Assembly: GCA_963779415.1 (NCBI GenBank)
Contig: CAVZYA010000001.1
Location: 704,001 to 768,000 of the forward strand
Reading direction: 5' to 3'
From: an uncultured Acidobacteriota bacterium
GTDB taxonomy: Bacteria > Acidobacteriota > Thermoanaerobaculia > UBA5066
DNA: 64,000 bases
Every line of letters starts with the position of its first letter. The first letter of the stretch is position 1. Under the pieces are notes generated by a model. It worked only from the letters and a program-made list of their open reading frames with translations, was not told the DNA's origin and ran no database searches. Below, piece by piece: positions 43,441-53,950 of this stretch. The translations under genes were made by a program, and so were the position numbers.

Positions 43441-45987
43441 GTGACCACGGACATCTCGAAGGTGACGCTTTCTCCGGACCGATGGAAGGACGTGGAGAGG
43501 ATCTTCAGGTTGGCGGTCGCTCTCCCCGAGGCGAAGCGAGACTCTTTCCTTGACGAAGCCTGTGGCGCAGATACGGATCTCCGGACAGAGGTCGAGACGC
43601 TCCTCTCCCGTGGTGAATCTGCCGGCAAGGTTTTCGAGAAGCCGCCGTCGGGAGGTTCCGAGCCACTTCTCGAGGGAACGATTCCGGCCGGGGCCGAAGC
43701 CGGCGCCTACGTCATCCTTCGCATCCTCGGACGAGGAGGGATGGGGGAGGTCTACGAGGCCCGGGACAGCCGTCTCGGCCGAACGGTCGCCCTCAAGTTC
43801 CTCCCAAGCCGGTTCGCCGACGATTCCGACTCGCTGGGGCGATTCGAGCGTGAGGCCCGCGCGGCCTCGTCCCTCAATCACCCGAACATCTGCACGATCC
43901 ACGACGTCGGGACCTACGGGAACCGCCCCTTCTTCGTCATGGAGCGGCTCGAAGGGAGATCGCTGAAGGACCGCATCGGGGAAGGAGCCGTGCCGGTCGA
44001 CGAGGTGATCGACGTCGGCATCCAGATCGCCGACGCCCTCGCCGCGGCTCACGCCAGGGGAATCGTCCATCGTGACATCAAGCCCGCGAACATCTTCGTC
44101 ACCGATCATGGCGAGGCGAAGGTGCTCGATTTCGGCCTCGCCAAGCTGACGGCCGATCGGCCCGACGCCCCGGCCGTCCCGACGACGTCGTCGGAATCGG
44201 CATCCGTCCGCGACGAGACGCTCACCACCCCCGGCACGACGATGGGGACCATCGCCTACATGTCGCCGGAGCAGGCGGGCGGAATGCCGGTGGACGCACG
44301 GACGGATCTCTTCTCTCTGGGCGTCGTCCTTTACGAGATGGCGACCGGGAGACGGCCCTTTCGGGGCGAGAGCGCCGACCACGTCCTGAAGACCATTTCG
44401 ACCGAGGCCCCGCCTCGGCCGACGGCCTTGCGTCCGGAAGTGCCACAGGCGCTCGAGCGCGTCATCCTCAAAGCCCTCGAAAAGGACCCTCTCCGCCGGT
44501 ATCCGTCGGCCGCGGAGCTCGTGAACGCGCTCTCCGACCTGCGGAAGGCCCGGACCCTCAAGACGCGCCGGTGGGTCATCGGAGGCCTCGGAACGGCGGC
44601 GGCGGCACTCGTGGCCGGCACCTATCTCGGACGGAGGCTCATCTGGTCGCCCGGGAAAGTCATGGTGGCCGTCCTGCCGCTCGAGGATCTCGGGAAGGAT
44701 CCCGAGCAGTCCTACTTCGCCGAGGGTCTCCTCGACGAGATGATCTCGGTGCTCGGACGTCTCTACCCGGACCGGCTCGGCGTCATCGGGAGCGCCTCCG
44801 TCCGCCAGTACCAGGGGCCGAAGAAGCGCATCGACGAGATCGGGCGGGACCTCCACGTGGCGTACGTGGTGGACGGCAGCGTCCGGCGGGAGGGAAACCG
44901 CGTCCGGATCTCCGCGAAACTGATCCGCGTCAAGGACCAGGTGCAGATCTGGGCCGAGACCTACGACCGGGATCTGGACCAGATTCTCACAATGCAATCC
45001 GAGGTGGCCCAGTCCGTCGCTCAGGGGATCGAGCGCACCCTGAAGCCCAGCCCGCAGGTCCGGCTGGCGCTGGCGCGGCCCGTCAACCCGAAGGCCTACG
45101 AGGCGCATCTGCGCGGCGAGGACGAGCAGGCAATCGCCATCGATCCGGACTACGCGCAGGCGTACGCGGGGCTGGCCCGGACTCTCTACTTCCAGGGCCT
45201 GTTCGGAGCCGGCGCGCCGCGCGAGCTCTTCGAGAAGGTCCGGCGTGCCTCCCAGAGGGCCACCGAGCTCGACCCGACGCTGGCGGATGCCTACGCCTCC
45301 CTCGCCCTCGCCAAGCTGCACACGCAGTGGAACTGGCGCGGGGCCGAGGCGGACTTCCAGCACGCCATCCGGCTCGACCCCAGCGACTCCCACGTGCGGC
45401 ACGACTATGCGCATTTCCTCCTCTGCATGAACCGGACGCGGGAATCGGCCGAGGAGTGCAGACAGGCGGTGGAGCACGACCCCTTCGATTCGATGGGCAT
45501 AGGCTGTTTCGGCTGGCATGAGCTTCTGGCGGGAAATTTCCAGAAAGCGGCCGAGGAGTCTCGTCGCGCCCTGGCTCTCGACGCCTCCAACGTCTGGGCA
45601 CTCGTCGTCATGGGATGGGCCTACGAGCAGCTCGGCCGGTATCCGGAGGCCCTCTCGGCGTTCAAGACGGGGAAGGGGCTCTCGAAGCTGCGAACGGCGG
45701 CTCTCGCCCATCTCTTCGCCAGTTCCGGAAACCGTCCCGGCGCCGAGGAGCTTCTTTCCGACCTGCTCGAAAAGTCGAAGAACCAGTACGTTTCGGCCTA
45801 TGACATCGCCGTCGTCCACGAAGGTCTGGGCGATGCCGATCGGGCTTTCGACTGGCTGAACAAGGCCTACGAGGAGGAATCCGGCTTCATGCCGTACCTG
45901 AACGTCGACCCCCGCTTCAAGCCGCTGCACGCCGACCGGCGCTACCAGGACCTCCTTCGCCGCATGGGTCTGACACAATCGGCGTAG
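43441..45987 (+). CDS. Ser/Thr protein kinase with TolB_N-like and TPR domains
   Basis: GRGGMGEVY, VALK, HRDIKPAN, DFGLAK, YMSPEQ; AVLPL...YFAEG; TPRs. Confidence 0.92.
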   Translation: MTTDISKVTLSPDRWKDVERIFRLAVALPEAKRDSFLDEACGADTDLRTEVETLLSRGESAGKVFEKPPSGGSEPLLEGTIPAGAEAGAYVILRILGRGGMGEVYEARDSRLGRTVALKFLPSRFADDSDSLGRFEREARAASSLNHPNICTIHDVGTYGNRPFFVMERLEGRSLKDRIGEGAVPVDEVIDVGIQIADALAAAHARGIVHRDIKPANIFVTDHGEAKVLDFGLAKLTADRPDAPAVPTTSSESASVRDETLTTPGTTMGTIAYMSPEQAGGMPVDARTDLFSLGVVLYEMATGRRPFRGESADHVLKTISTEAPPRPTALRPEVPQALERVILKALEKDPLRRYPSAAELVNALSDLRKARTLKTRRWVIGGLGTAAAALVAGTYLGRRLIWSPGKVMVAVLPLEDLGKDPEQSYFAEGLLDEMISVLGRLYPDRLGVIGSASVRQYQGPKKRIDEIGRDLHVAYVVDGSVRREGNRVRISAKLIRVKDQVQIWAETYDRDLDQILTMQSEVAQSVAQGIERTLKPSPQVRLALARPVNPKAYEAHLRGEDEQAIAIDPDYAQAYAGLARTLYFQGLFGAGAPRELFEKVRRASQRATELDPTLADAYASLALAKLHTQWNWRGAEADFQHAIRLDPSDSHVRHDYAHFLLCMNRTRESAEECRQAVEHDPFDSMGIGCFGWHELLAGNFQKAAEESRRALALDASNVWALVVMGWAYEQLGRYPEALSAFKTGKGLSKLRTAALAHLFASSGNRPGAEELLSDLLEKSKNQYVSAYDIAVVHEGLGDADRAFDWLNKAYEEESGFMPYLNVDPRFKPLHADRRYQDLLRRMGLTQSA

Positions 45988-45990
45988 TCG

Positions 45991-46289
45991 ATGCACTACC
46001 TTCTCTTCTACGAGACATCCACGGACTACCTCGAGCGGCGGGGTGAATTCCGCGCGGAGCATCTCGCCCTCGCCTGGCAGGCCGTCGACCGCGGCGAGAT
46101 GGTCCTCGGGGGCGCGCTCGCCGATCCCGTCGACGGTGCCATCCTGCTCTTTCAGGGGGACTCGCCCGAGGTTGCCGAGCGTTTCGTCCGTCGGATCCGT
46201 ACGTGAAACACGGCCTCGTGAAGAAGTGGCGCGTCCGTCCCTGGACCACGGTGGTCGGCCCCGGCGCCACGAATCCCGTGAGGCCGTGA
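45991..46289 (+). CDS. YciI-family protein; frameshift at about 46190
   Basis: HYLLFY, RAEHL, GGALADPVDGA; corrected DPYVKHGLV..WRVRPWTTVVG. Confidence 0.8.
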
Positions 46290-46373
46290 TGCACGGTACG
46301 GAATCGCCGCCGCCCTTCTCCTCCACGCGGAGCCGGTACGGCGGTTCGTATCGGGATGCCGGCCAGGACGTCG

Positions 46374-46562
46374 GCCTAACGCGGACGGCACTAGGCAGAA
46401 ACTTCGTCGGCCTATTTCGAAACCTCATCGAGCCGGGAAATTCCTCTAAGAGGATGCACGAGAACGACGTGCCATCCGAATCAGACGACTTCGGCCCGCA
46501 GACAGGCCGATCGAACTTCCGCCTAAGCAGCCTCGCAAACGTCCGCCTACTTGTAGTTAGAC
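46374..46562 (+). mobile_element. Long attC-like imperfect palindrome
   Basis: Begins GCCTAAC (RYYYAAC), ends GTTAGAC (GTTRRRY); GCGGACG/CGTCCGC arms and inverted arms at about 46391-46416 and 46501-46527. Confidence 0.55.
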
Positions 46563-46578
46563 GTACGAAGAAGACGCG

Positions 46579-47094
46579 ATGCCTCGTAATCCCCTCCCGC
46601 CTCTTAGCCGACGCTGGCTCATCGTGGCCGCTCTCGGCACAGTCACGTCCTACCTCGTCGTCACCGTCGTAGGGAGCATCCTCACCCTCCTTCTCTATCC
46701 AGCGGTGCAGGGGATGTTGCAGTCGCCCAATGCGACAGTTCCGTTCATGGCCTTGATCGTGAACGGCTCCACGGTCGCAATCGCCCTCTGGTTCTTGGTG
46801 CTCGCCTCAGCGCGGGCCGAAGCGCCGTCGTCCTCTTCACTCGACGCGCTTCTCGCCCGAAACGTAGAGGTCCTGTCCGTAGCGAGCTTCGTTACTGTAG
46901 TCGCGTTCCTTCAGGTTGTCATCGGCCTCCTGACACACAGCTTTCACACCTTCCTTCTCCTGCCCTTCTCACACGCAACGCAGGTCGACATCTTTTCAAC
47001 CATTGCCACAGTCGCGCTCGGCATTGCCCTTCCGGCCATTCTGCTCGCTGGTCTGCTCACGCTGTCGGCTAGGTGGCAGGCGTCTCGGGGCTAG
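46579..47094 (+). CDS. Hypothetical 4-TM membrane protein, probable integron gene cassette
   Basis: Four hydrophobic segments; more A/T-ending codons than neighbours; starts 16 bp after GTTAGAC. Confidence 0.6.
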   Translation: MPRNPLPPLSRRWLIVAALGTVTSYLVVTVVGSILTLLLYPAVQGMLQSPNATVPFMALIVNGSTVAIALWFLVLASARAEAPSSSSLDALLARNVEVLSVASFVTVVAFLQVVIGLLTHSFHTFLLLPFSHATQVDIFSTIATVALGIALPAILLAGLLTLSARWQASRG

Positions 47095-47134
47095 GCATAC
47101 GGGCGCCGCCAGACACCGAACCGGCGAAGCGTAC

Positions 47135-47158
47135 CTCTAACAACGCGCTGCAGCGGAC
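47135..47158 (+). mobile_element. Left arm of a second, truncated attC-like site
   Basis: CTCTAACAACGCGCTGCAGCGGAC, a typical attC start; no clear right arm found. Confidence 0.5.
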
Positions 47159-47387
47159 TTCCATGAGAAGGCCGGTCGAAGTCAAGAGGGCTTGGGTCTT
47201 TTGGTCGTCGTCCGGAGTGAGCGAGTTCGTCGCCAGGCTTCCATTCGCACTCGTGTGGGCTTGGTCTTCTGAGCCCGGTGCATGAGGGGGTCCTTCCCGG
47301 GCGGGCGCTGCAATCTCGCTGTCGGTTTACCGTGGCCGGCGTTGGCCGGTTGGGTCCGGAGTCCGCTACGCAGTCGCCCGGACGGGG

Positions 47388-47419
47388 CGCAATAGTGGGG
47401 TCACGCAATAGTGGGGTCA
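47388..47419. repeat. Perfect 16-bp tandem duplication CGCAATAGTGGGGTCA
   Basis: Two adjacent identical copies, followed by GGCACC and an AT-rich AATTTC-N7-GAAATT palindrome. Confidence 0.85.
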
Positions 47420-47554
47420 GGCACCAAATTTCCATTATAGAAATTGAGGTTGGGCCGGGACTCCGGGGCCGGCGCGGACGATCCGGAGGAGCGCGGGGAA
47501 ACGCGATATCGTCAGGCGGGCCGAGAGGACGCGTCCTTCGCCCGGAGGATTCAG

Positions 47555-48016
47555 ATGCCGGAGATCCTCGACCGCCTCGTTCGCTTCAGCACCTTCATAC
47601 GCGCGACGCCGGACCGCGTCTTCGACGCCCTGGCGACGGCGGAGGGCCTCGACAAGTGGTTCACGTCGGGCTGCACGCTCGAGCCTCGGGCGGGCGGAAT
47701 CCTCGTCTTCCGGTGGAAGGACCACGGTCTCGACGGGTTCACCGGCGAATACCAGGGGTCGGTCGTCGAGTGGCAGCGCCCGACCCGCTTCGCCTTCCAG
47801 TGGCCGGTCGATCTGGGCAACTACCGGACGACCGTCACCGTCTCTTTTCGAGAAGAGTCGATACCTCATCTCGGGACCGGCACGGTCGTCAGCCTCGAGG
47901 AAGGCGTCTACGAAGACTCGGTTCAGGGACTTCAGGACATGTTCCGGCGGACGGCGGGATGGGCGGAGGTCCTGACGCTTCTCAAGCTCTGGGTCGAGCA
48001 CGGCGCGCGGTACTGA
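47555..48016 (+). CDS. SRPBCC/AHSA1-family protein
   Basis: GGAGGA RBS; IRATPDRVFDALAT..GLDKWF, GWAEVLTLLK. Confidence 0.85.
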   Translation: MPEILDRLVRFSTFIRATPDRVFDALATAEGLDKWFTSGCTLEPRAGGILVFRWKDHGLDGFTGEYQGSVVEWQRPTRFAFQWPVDLGNYRTTVTVSFREESIPHLGTGTVVSLEEGVYEDSVQGLQDMFRRTAGWAEVLTLLKLWVEHGARY

Positions 48017-49250
48017 CGGAAGGTTCGACCTCTTCAGAGACCCACATCCGGATCTGGTCGTAGACCTCGCGGCTGCCGAGAAGGTCGAGGTGCTTCAACC
48101 CGTAGAAAACGCGCTTGCGAGCCTTGGGAATCGGCAGATTCAGGGCCTCCTCGCGATGCTGGCCGAGCGCGCTCGTGACCGGCACGAGGCCGTCTCCCGC
48201 CAGTCGCTTCCTCTTCCCGCCGGGATCCGGTCTCTGGCTGGCCGCGATCGCATAGCACTTCACCCGGGGAGGCAGGGGGACGAACCGTCTCGGGTCGTGC
48301 GCATGCAGGCCGCGCCGCTTCATCCAGTCCTCGTCCAGCACGCTGCCGAACCGAAGATCCCTGATTCCGTCGCTCCGGATCGTCCCCAGGTTTGCCAGTG
48401 GCGCCGTATACGGGCTTACTTCCAGGAGGACCTCCGTCCAGTGCCCCGCCCGCTCGAACGGCGAGCCGTGGTGCGGCGTGCCGAGGAAGATCATCTTTTT
48501 CAGGCGGCGCACCCACTCGTGCCCCGCGAGCTTCCCGTAGTGGCAGGCGCTGCGCGCCACGAGACCCCCCATGCTGTGGGCGACGATGACCAGCTCGTCC
48601 ACCGGCTCCGGCCACTCACGAACCAGGCTCTCCATCAGCTCGGAGCATTCGCGCCCATTCGTGGAGACGTGCCGGCCGCTGTTGTAACGGAGATAGACCG
48701 GCGTGTAGCCCAGATCGCCGGCCAGCGAAGCACCGTGGTCGTGTCCCTCGCGCTGCCATCCCCGATCGTTCCAGCAGAGCCCATGCATCAGGACGACGAT
48801 CTTGCGGCCCGGCGCGGCGATCGTGGACTCGAGCGCCCGCCGGTCCAGCCGCAGGGTCTGCCCGTCCAGCCGAAAGCTCATCGCGATAGCCAGAGGGTTT
48901 TCGGTCGCGGCCAGGTGGTCTCCGACGACGCCGTTCAACGCGGCCAGAAGCGCGTCACGCCGCGGCGACGAGGGGGCCTCGTCGTCCCGCTGCGCGACCG
49001 GCGCGAACGCGGTCTCGAGTCCGAAGCCCACAAGGCGCGTGATCCCGTGAATGCTCCGGTAGACGAGGCCGGGAATCCCGCCGAGCGGCTTCGGGCGCCT
49101 TTCGCCCACGATCGGCGAGAGGCGGAGGATGTTGCCGTGCATGTTCTCGACGATTTCCGCGACTCCCGTCACGGCGGTGACGGCCAGCCGGCCGACACCG
49201 CGTGCGTCGGATGCGTGTCCGGAGATCGATCGCCGGTGACGGCCGCTCAC
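47982..49250 (-). CDS. Alpha/beta hydrolase (lipase/PGAP1-like); start uncertain
   Basis: VLMHGL, YLRYNSG, AHSMGG, GTPHHGS, GDGLVP, HLDLL. Confidence 0.8.
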   Translation of the reverse strand: MSGRHRRSISGHASDARGVGRLAVTAVTGVAEIVENMHGNILRLSPIVGERRPKPLGGIPGLVYRSIHGITRLVGFGLETAFAPVAQRDDEAPSSPRRDALLAALNGVVGDHLAATENPLAIAMSFRLDGQTLRLDRRALESTIAAPGRKIVVLMHGLCWNDRGWQREGHDHGASLAGDLGYTPVYLRYNSGRHVSTNGRECSELMESLVREWPEPVDELVIVAHSMGGLVARSACHYGKLAGHEWVRRLKKMIFLGTPHHGSPFERAGHWTEVLLEVSPYTAPLANLGTIRSDGIRDLRFGSVLDEDWMKRRGLHAHDPRRFVPLPPRVKCYAIAASQRPDPGGKRKRLAGDGLVPVTSALGQHREEALNLPIPKARKRVFYGLKHLDLLGSREVYDQIRMWVSEEVEPSVSTARRARPRA

Positions 49251-49338
49251 TCTGGAGACGGACCATATCAGCCTCGCCACGTCGATATCCAATGGCCACG
49301 CACCGCGAACCGGGAGAGAATTCGCGGCGGGGGGATTC

Positions 49339-50223
49339 ATGAGAACCGCTCTCGCCAGCCTCGTCCTGCTCGTGTCCACGTCTCTCGCCCAGGCGGCCGA
49401 CATGCTCGTCACGCCCGCCTGGCTGCTCGAGCACAAGGGGGACACGAACCTCGTCCTCCTGCACGTCGGGGTGAAGGCCGAATTCGAGGCCGGCCACCTT
49501 CCGGGCGCTCAGCTCGTCAATCCGCAAGACCTTTCGATCCCGCGGGCTGAAGGCGCCCTCATCCTGCAGCTCCTTCCTCCGGAGGCCCTCCGCGCGAAGC
49601 TCGAGAGCCTCGGCATCGGCGACGACTCGCGCGTCGTGATCTACTTCGGCAAGGACTGGGTCTCCCCCGCCACCCGCGTCTACTTCAGCCTCGACGCCGC
49701 GGGACTCGGAGACCGAACGTCGCTCCTCGACGGCGGCATGCCAGCCTGGAAGAAGGCGGGCGGCCCGGTGACAGTCGAAGCTTCGCCCCCCCGCCCGGCC
49801 GGAAAGATCTCCGCGGCTCCGCGGCGCGAACTGGTGGCCGAGCTCGACATGGTCAAGACCAGCCTCGGCAAGGCAGGAGTCGTCATCGTCGACTCGCGGA
49901 ACACCGAGTTCTTCGACGGCAGCAGCGCGGGTTCCATGCCCCGCGCCGGCCGGATCCCCGGCGCCAGGAGCCTGCCGTTCGACACCCTCGTCACCGACGA
50001 CAACCTGATGAAGAGCGATGCCAGGACGGCCGAGCTCTTCAAGGCGATCGGGATCAAGCCCGGTGACATCGTCATTAGCTACTGCCACGTCGGCCAGCAG
50101 GCCACCCTCGTCTACTTCGCGGCCAAGCGGCTCGGATACGTCGCCCGGATGTACGACGGCTCGTGGGACGAGTGGAGCCGGAAGAGCGACCTGCCGGTTG
50201 AAAAAGGTCCTGCGGGAAAGTAA
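49339..50223 (+). CDS. Exported tandem-domain rhodanese/sulfurtransferase
   Basis: Signal peptide; GHLPGA, LDGG..AW, GRIPGA, YCHVGQQA, YDGSWDEW. Confidence 0.88.
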   Translation: MRTALASLVLLVSTSLAQAADMLVTPAWLLEHKGDTNLVLLHVGVKAEFEAGHLPGAQLVNPQDLSIPRAEGALILQLLPPEALRAKLESLGIGDDSRVVIYFGKDWVSPATRVYFSLDAAGLGDRTSLLDGGMPAWKKAGGPVTVEASPPRPAGKISAAPRRELVAELDMVKTSLGKAGVVIVDSRNTEFFDGSSAGSMPRAGRIPGARSLPFDTLVTDDNLMKSDARTAELFKAIGIKPGDIVISYCHVGQQATLVYFAAKRLGYVARMYDGSWDEWSRKSDLPVEKGPAGK

Positions 50224-50244
50224 CGGAGAGCGGCGAGACGCCGC

Positions 50245-52927
50245 TTATTCCTTCACCGGCTTGACCTCGATCGTGGGTTTCGGCTCGTACCGCTTCAGGA
50301 AGTCGTCGAAGCTCTTCTGCTGGGCGGCCTTGAAAGCCGTCCGCAGCTGGATCACTTCCAGCGCCTGCGCCAGCATCCGCGGGCCACCCGCGTACTTCGG
50401 GGCCTTCTCCCTGAAGAAGGCTTCGGCCTCACCGCGGTGCGCCTCATCGCTGAAGTTGGTGGCGAGCCACGGAAAGTCCGCGGGCGCATCTCGCGGCAGC
50501 CGCTCGGCCAGCCGGTCGAAGTTCGCCACGAGAAACGCCCACGCCTGGGAAAACGTCTCGCGGCCGAACCCCTCCGCCCAGAGGATGTCGATCGACTCCC
50601 GCGCGTCGAAGTCGGTCGAAAGCGTCAAGGCGAGCGCCGCGGAGACGACGGACGGGGCGCGGAATTGTCCGAGGGCGTCGAGAAGGATCCTCCTCTCCCG
50701 GCGGTCCGAGGCCTTTTTCGCCTCCGCCACGTACGCCTGGAACAACGCCATGTCCCCATTTCGTGCGGCGACGCCCAGGACGCCGGAAACCATCAGCGGG
50801 TCGACGGCGCTCCGGTCCTTCAGCCAGGCCTTCACCAGGCGCATGGCCTCCGCCACGAGAGCCGGGTCGTCTCCCTCGTCCGCCACGAATGGCACGAGCC
50901 GTCGTCGCAGGAGCTGCGTGTCGTCGTCCTCCCCGGCCTTTCGCGTCCAGCCCAACGTCCGTGCCCGTGTGCCGAAGACGTCGCTCACGAACCGCCGGTA
51001 CGACGGCCTCGCCGCCTCCGAAACGAGGAGGTCGCCCGGCCTCTCGACAATTCCCTGCACGATCTCGACGACGGGACGGGACGGGTCGCTCGCGAAGACG
51101 GGGACGAGCGCGAGAGCCGTCGCGATGGACAGGTCTCCACTGCGAACGAGGTTGGCCACGTCCGAAAGCGTCGAGACGCGCTCGTCGGCCGTCAGGTGCT
51201 TCCCGCCGCCCTCGAGGAGCTTTTCCAGGAGGTCCCCCCTGTAGAGGACCCGGTAGTACCCGTTCCCGGCATTCGCCTGGACGCGGGCCGGGCACGCTCC
51301 CGCGAGCTCGAGCGCGCCGGACGCCTCCGTCAGAAGCGTGCATGTCGTCGCGGCGCCGGGATCACCCGTCCGAGCGCAGACCGGGACCTGCCATGTCTCC
51401 CGCGTCGAACCCGGGGAGCCCGTCGGCAGGTAGCGCTTCTGGGAAAGAGCCAGCTTCGGCGCGCCGCTTCCACAGACGAGGTCGGCCGTCACGAGCGGAA
51501 CGCCCGGCTGGTCGAGGAACGACCGGAACGCCGGGACGACGGCGGGAGTCTTCGTCGCCTCCGCGACCGACGCGACGAAGTCGTCCGCGGTCGCGCTCCC
51601 CCATGCGTGGGAGATCAGGTAGTGCCGGACTCCCTTCCGGAAGCCCTCCTCGCCGACCCATGCCTCGAACATCCCGATGACGGCACCGCCCTTCTGGTAC
51701 GTGATCGTGTCGAAGGCATTCGCAATGTCGTCGTTCCCCGCGATCGGCTGGCGGATTCGCCGCGCCGTCGCGAGCGAGTCCGCCGACATCGCATACGATC
51801 CGGTCGACGGCGCGCTCGGCCGCCTCGTTCCACTCGGGTCTCCAGCGGGCCAGAGTCTTCGAGGCCATCCACGTCGCGAACGCCTCGTTCAGCCAGATGT
51901 CGTCCCACCACGCCGTCGTCACGTAATCCCCGAACCACATGTGGGCCGTCTCGTGCGCGCAGACGCTCGCGTACGCCCGGCGGAAGGCGATCGTCTCGTC
52001 GGCGCTCTTCGCGAGGATCAGGTTCGATGAGTACGTCACGAGCCCCGGGTGCTCCATCGCGCCCCCTCCCTTCGGGACGGCGAGGTGGTCGAGCTTCTCG
52101 TACGGGTACGGGATGTCGAAGTACGCCTCCAGCTGATCGAGAAGCGGCCCCGTCGACTCCACGGCCCAGCGCGCGTCGGCGGCGCGCCTTTTCGGGACGA
52201 TCATCCGGATCGGGGTCTTGTTCCGGCCCGCGGTTCCGGCGTTCACGACGTCGAACGGCCCCACGCCGAACGCCACGAGATAGCTCGGGAGCGGCTTCGT
52301 CGGAGCGAAGACGAACGTCCGTCCGCCGTCCTCTCCGGGGGCCTCGGACACGACCGCAGTGTTCGAGACGGCGATCGCCCCCTTCGGCACATGGATCGTC
52401 AGCTGCCAGGGGGTCTTGAAGGCCGGCTCGTCGAAGCACGGGAACGCGCGGCGCGCGTCGATCGCCTCGAACTGGGTGAAGACGTACCAGTCGCTCCCCT
52501 CTTTTTCCCGGAAGACCGCCTCGGCGCCCTTGCTCTCGATCCGTCCCTCGTACGTCAGCGACACGTCGTATTCGCCGGGGGGGAGTTTCTTCTCGAACTG
52601 AAGGCGGATGAACTCCTTCCCCTCGGCCGACGCTTCCGCCTTGATCGCCCCCTTCGGGCCGCCCGCCGCGACGGCGGACGCCGCCTCGACCGTCAGCTCC
52701 TTCCCGTTCAGCCAGAGCGTGCCGGATTCCTCCTTCAGAGAGACGCGGATCTCCACCTTGCCCCGGAACGTCTCCCTGGCCGGGTCGATCCACAGCTCCA
52801 CGCCGTACCGGGTCGGAGCGGCGCCGGAGGGAAGCCGGAGCGTGGGTGGGGCCGGCGCGTCGGCCAGAGTCAGCGATGCAGGAAGCGCGAGGACGAGCGC
52901 TGCAAGCCGGATCGCCGATCTCTTCAT
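50245..52927 (-). CDS. Secreted M1-family aminopeptidase with ERAP1-like C-terminus; frameshift at about 51795
   Basis: Signal peptide; TQFE..DARRAFPCFDEP, GAMEH, HETAH-x-WLNEAF, TYQKG. Confidence 0.9.
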
Positions 52928-53078
52928 GCCCCGTCTCCTCTCCCTGTCATCTCTTGTTTGCACGATATCAGTCTGACTCCGGGCGTGCCGATCAGAACCG
53001 GCTCCCCTCGCCTTCTCCTGCCCTAGAATCGCGGCAGAAATTCCGTCCCGGAAATTCGCCTCGCAATGGAGGGAGATC

Positions 53079-53309
53079 ATGCCGAAGGCATCCGCGTCGG
53101 TCCGCCCCCGCACTCAGCGCACCAGCCGCCTTTCGCGCGACCTGATCGTCGACCTCGCCACCGCCCGCGCCGCCCTCCGAAACGCGCAGGCCCTGGCCCG
53201 CAAGCTGAAGAAAGCCGGAGCGGGTGAGGCCGCCTCGCAGCTCGCCGGCGAGCTGATCGCCCACCTCGAGACGGCTGCGAAGGCGCTCTCTCGGACAGGC
53301 CGCTCTTAG
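53079..53309 (+). CDS. Small helical hypothetical protein
   Basis: GGAGGG RBS; 76 aa Ala/Leu-rich. Confidence 0.5.
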   Translation: MPKASASVRPRTQRTSRLSRDLIVDLATARAALRNAQALARKLKKAGAGEAASQLAGELIAHLETAAKALSRTGRS

Positions 53310-53348
53310 CCCTCGTCGCGCAAGGCCTTCGCGCGAAGTCCCGTTCTC

Positions 53349-53357
53349 TGCTATACT
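53349..53357 (+). promoter_or_regulatory. Extended -10 (TGnTATACT) for RNA-binding protein gene
   Basis: TGCTATACT about 135 bp upstream of ATG 53491. Confidence 0.5.
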
Positions 53358-53490
53358 TTCTCCGTTCGACTTCTTCTAGCTGACGGAGCGGACCAGGAAC
53401 CGAAAGGTCCCCGTCGACCTTCCCCCCGTACCTTCCCACCCTCTCCCACACTGCTCTCGTCCCTCGGGCGAGCGTTTAACGAAGGAACCC

Positions 53491-53781
<291 letters not shown>

Positions 53782-53831
53782 CTCGCAAGCCGGCCGGAGA
53801 CGGCCGGCACCATTACGGAAGTCATCTTCCG

Positions 53832-53862
53832 GGGCCGGGTTCACCCCCGGCCCTTTTCTTTT
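53832..53862 (+). terminator. Intrinsic terminator
   Basis: GGGCCGGG-ttcacc-CCCGGCCC-TTTTCTTTT. Confidence 0.85.
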
Positions 53863-53950
53863 CTCGCTTCTCGTCGGACTTCTGGCGCCGGAAAGGACGG
53901 CCACCGTCCGAAGGGGGCGTGGCGAGAGAGCGGTCTCCTCCGGAGCGCCC

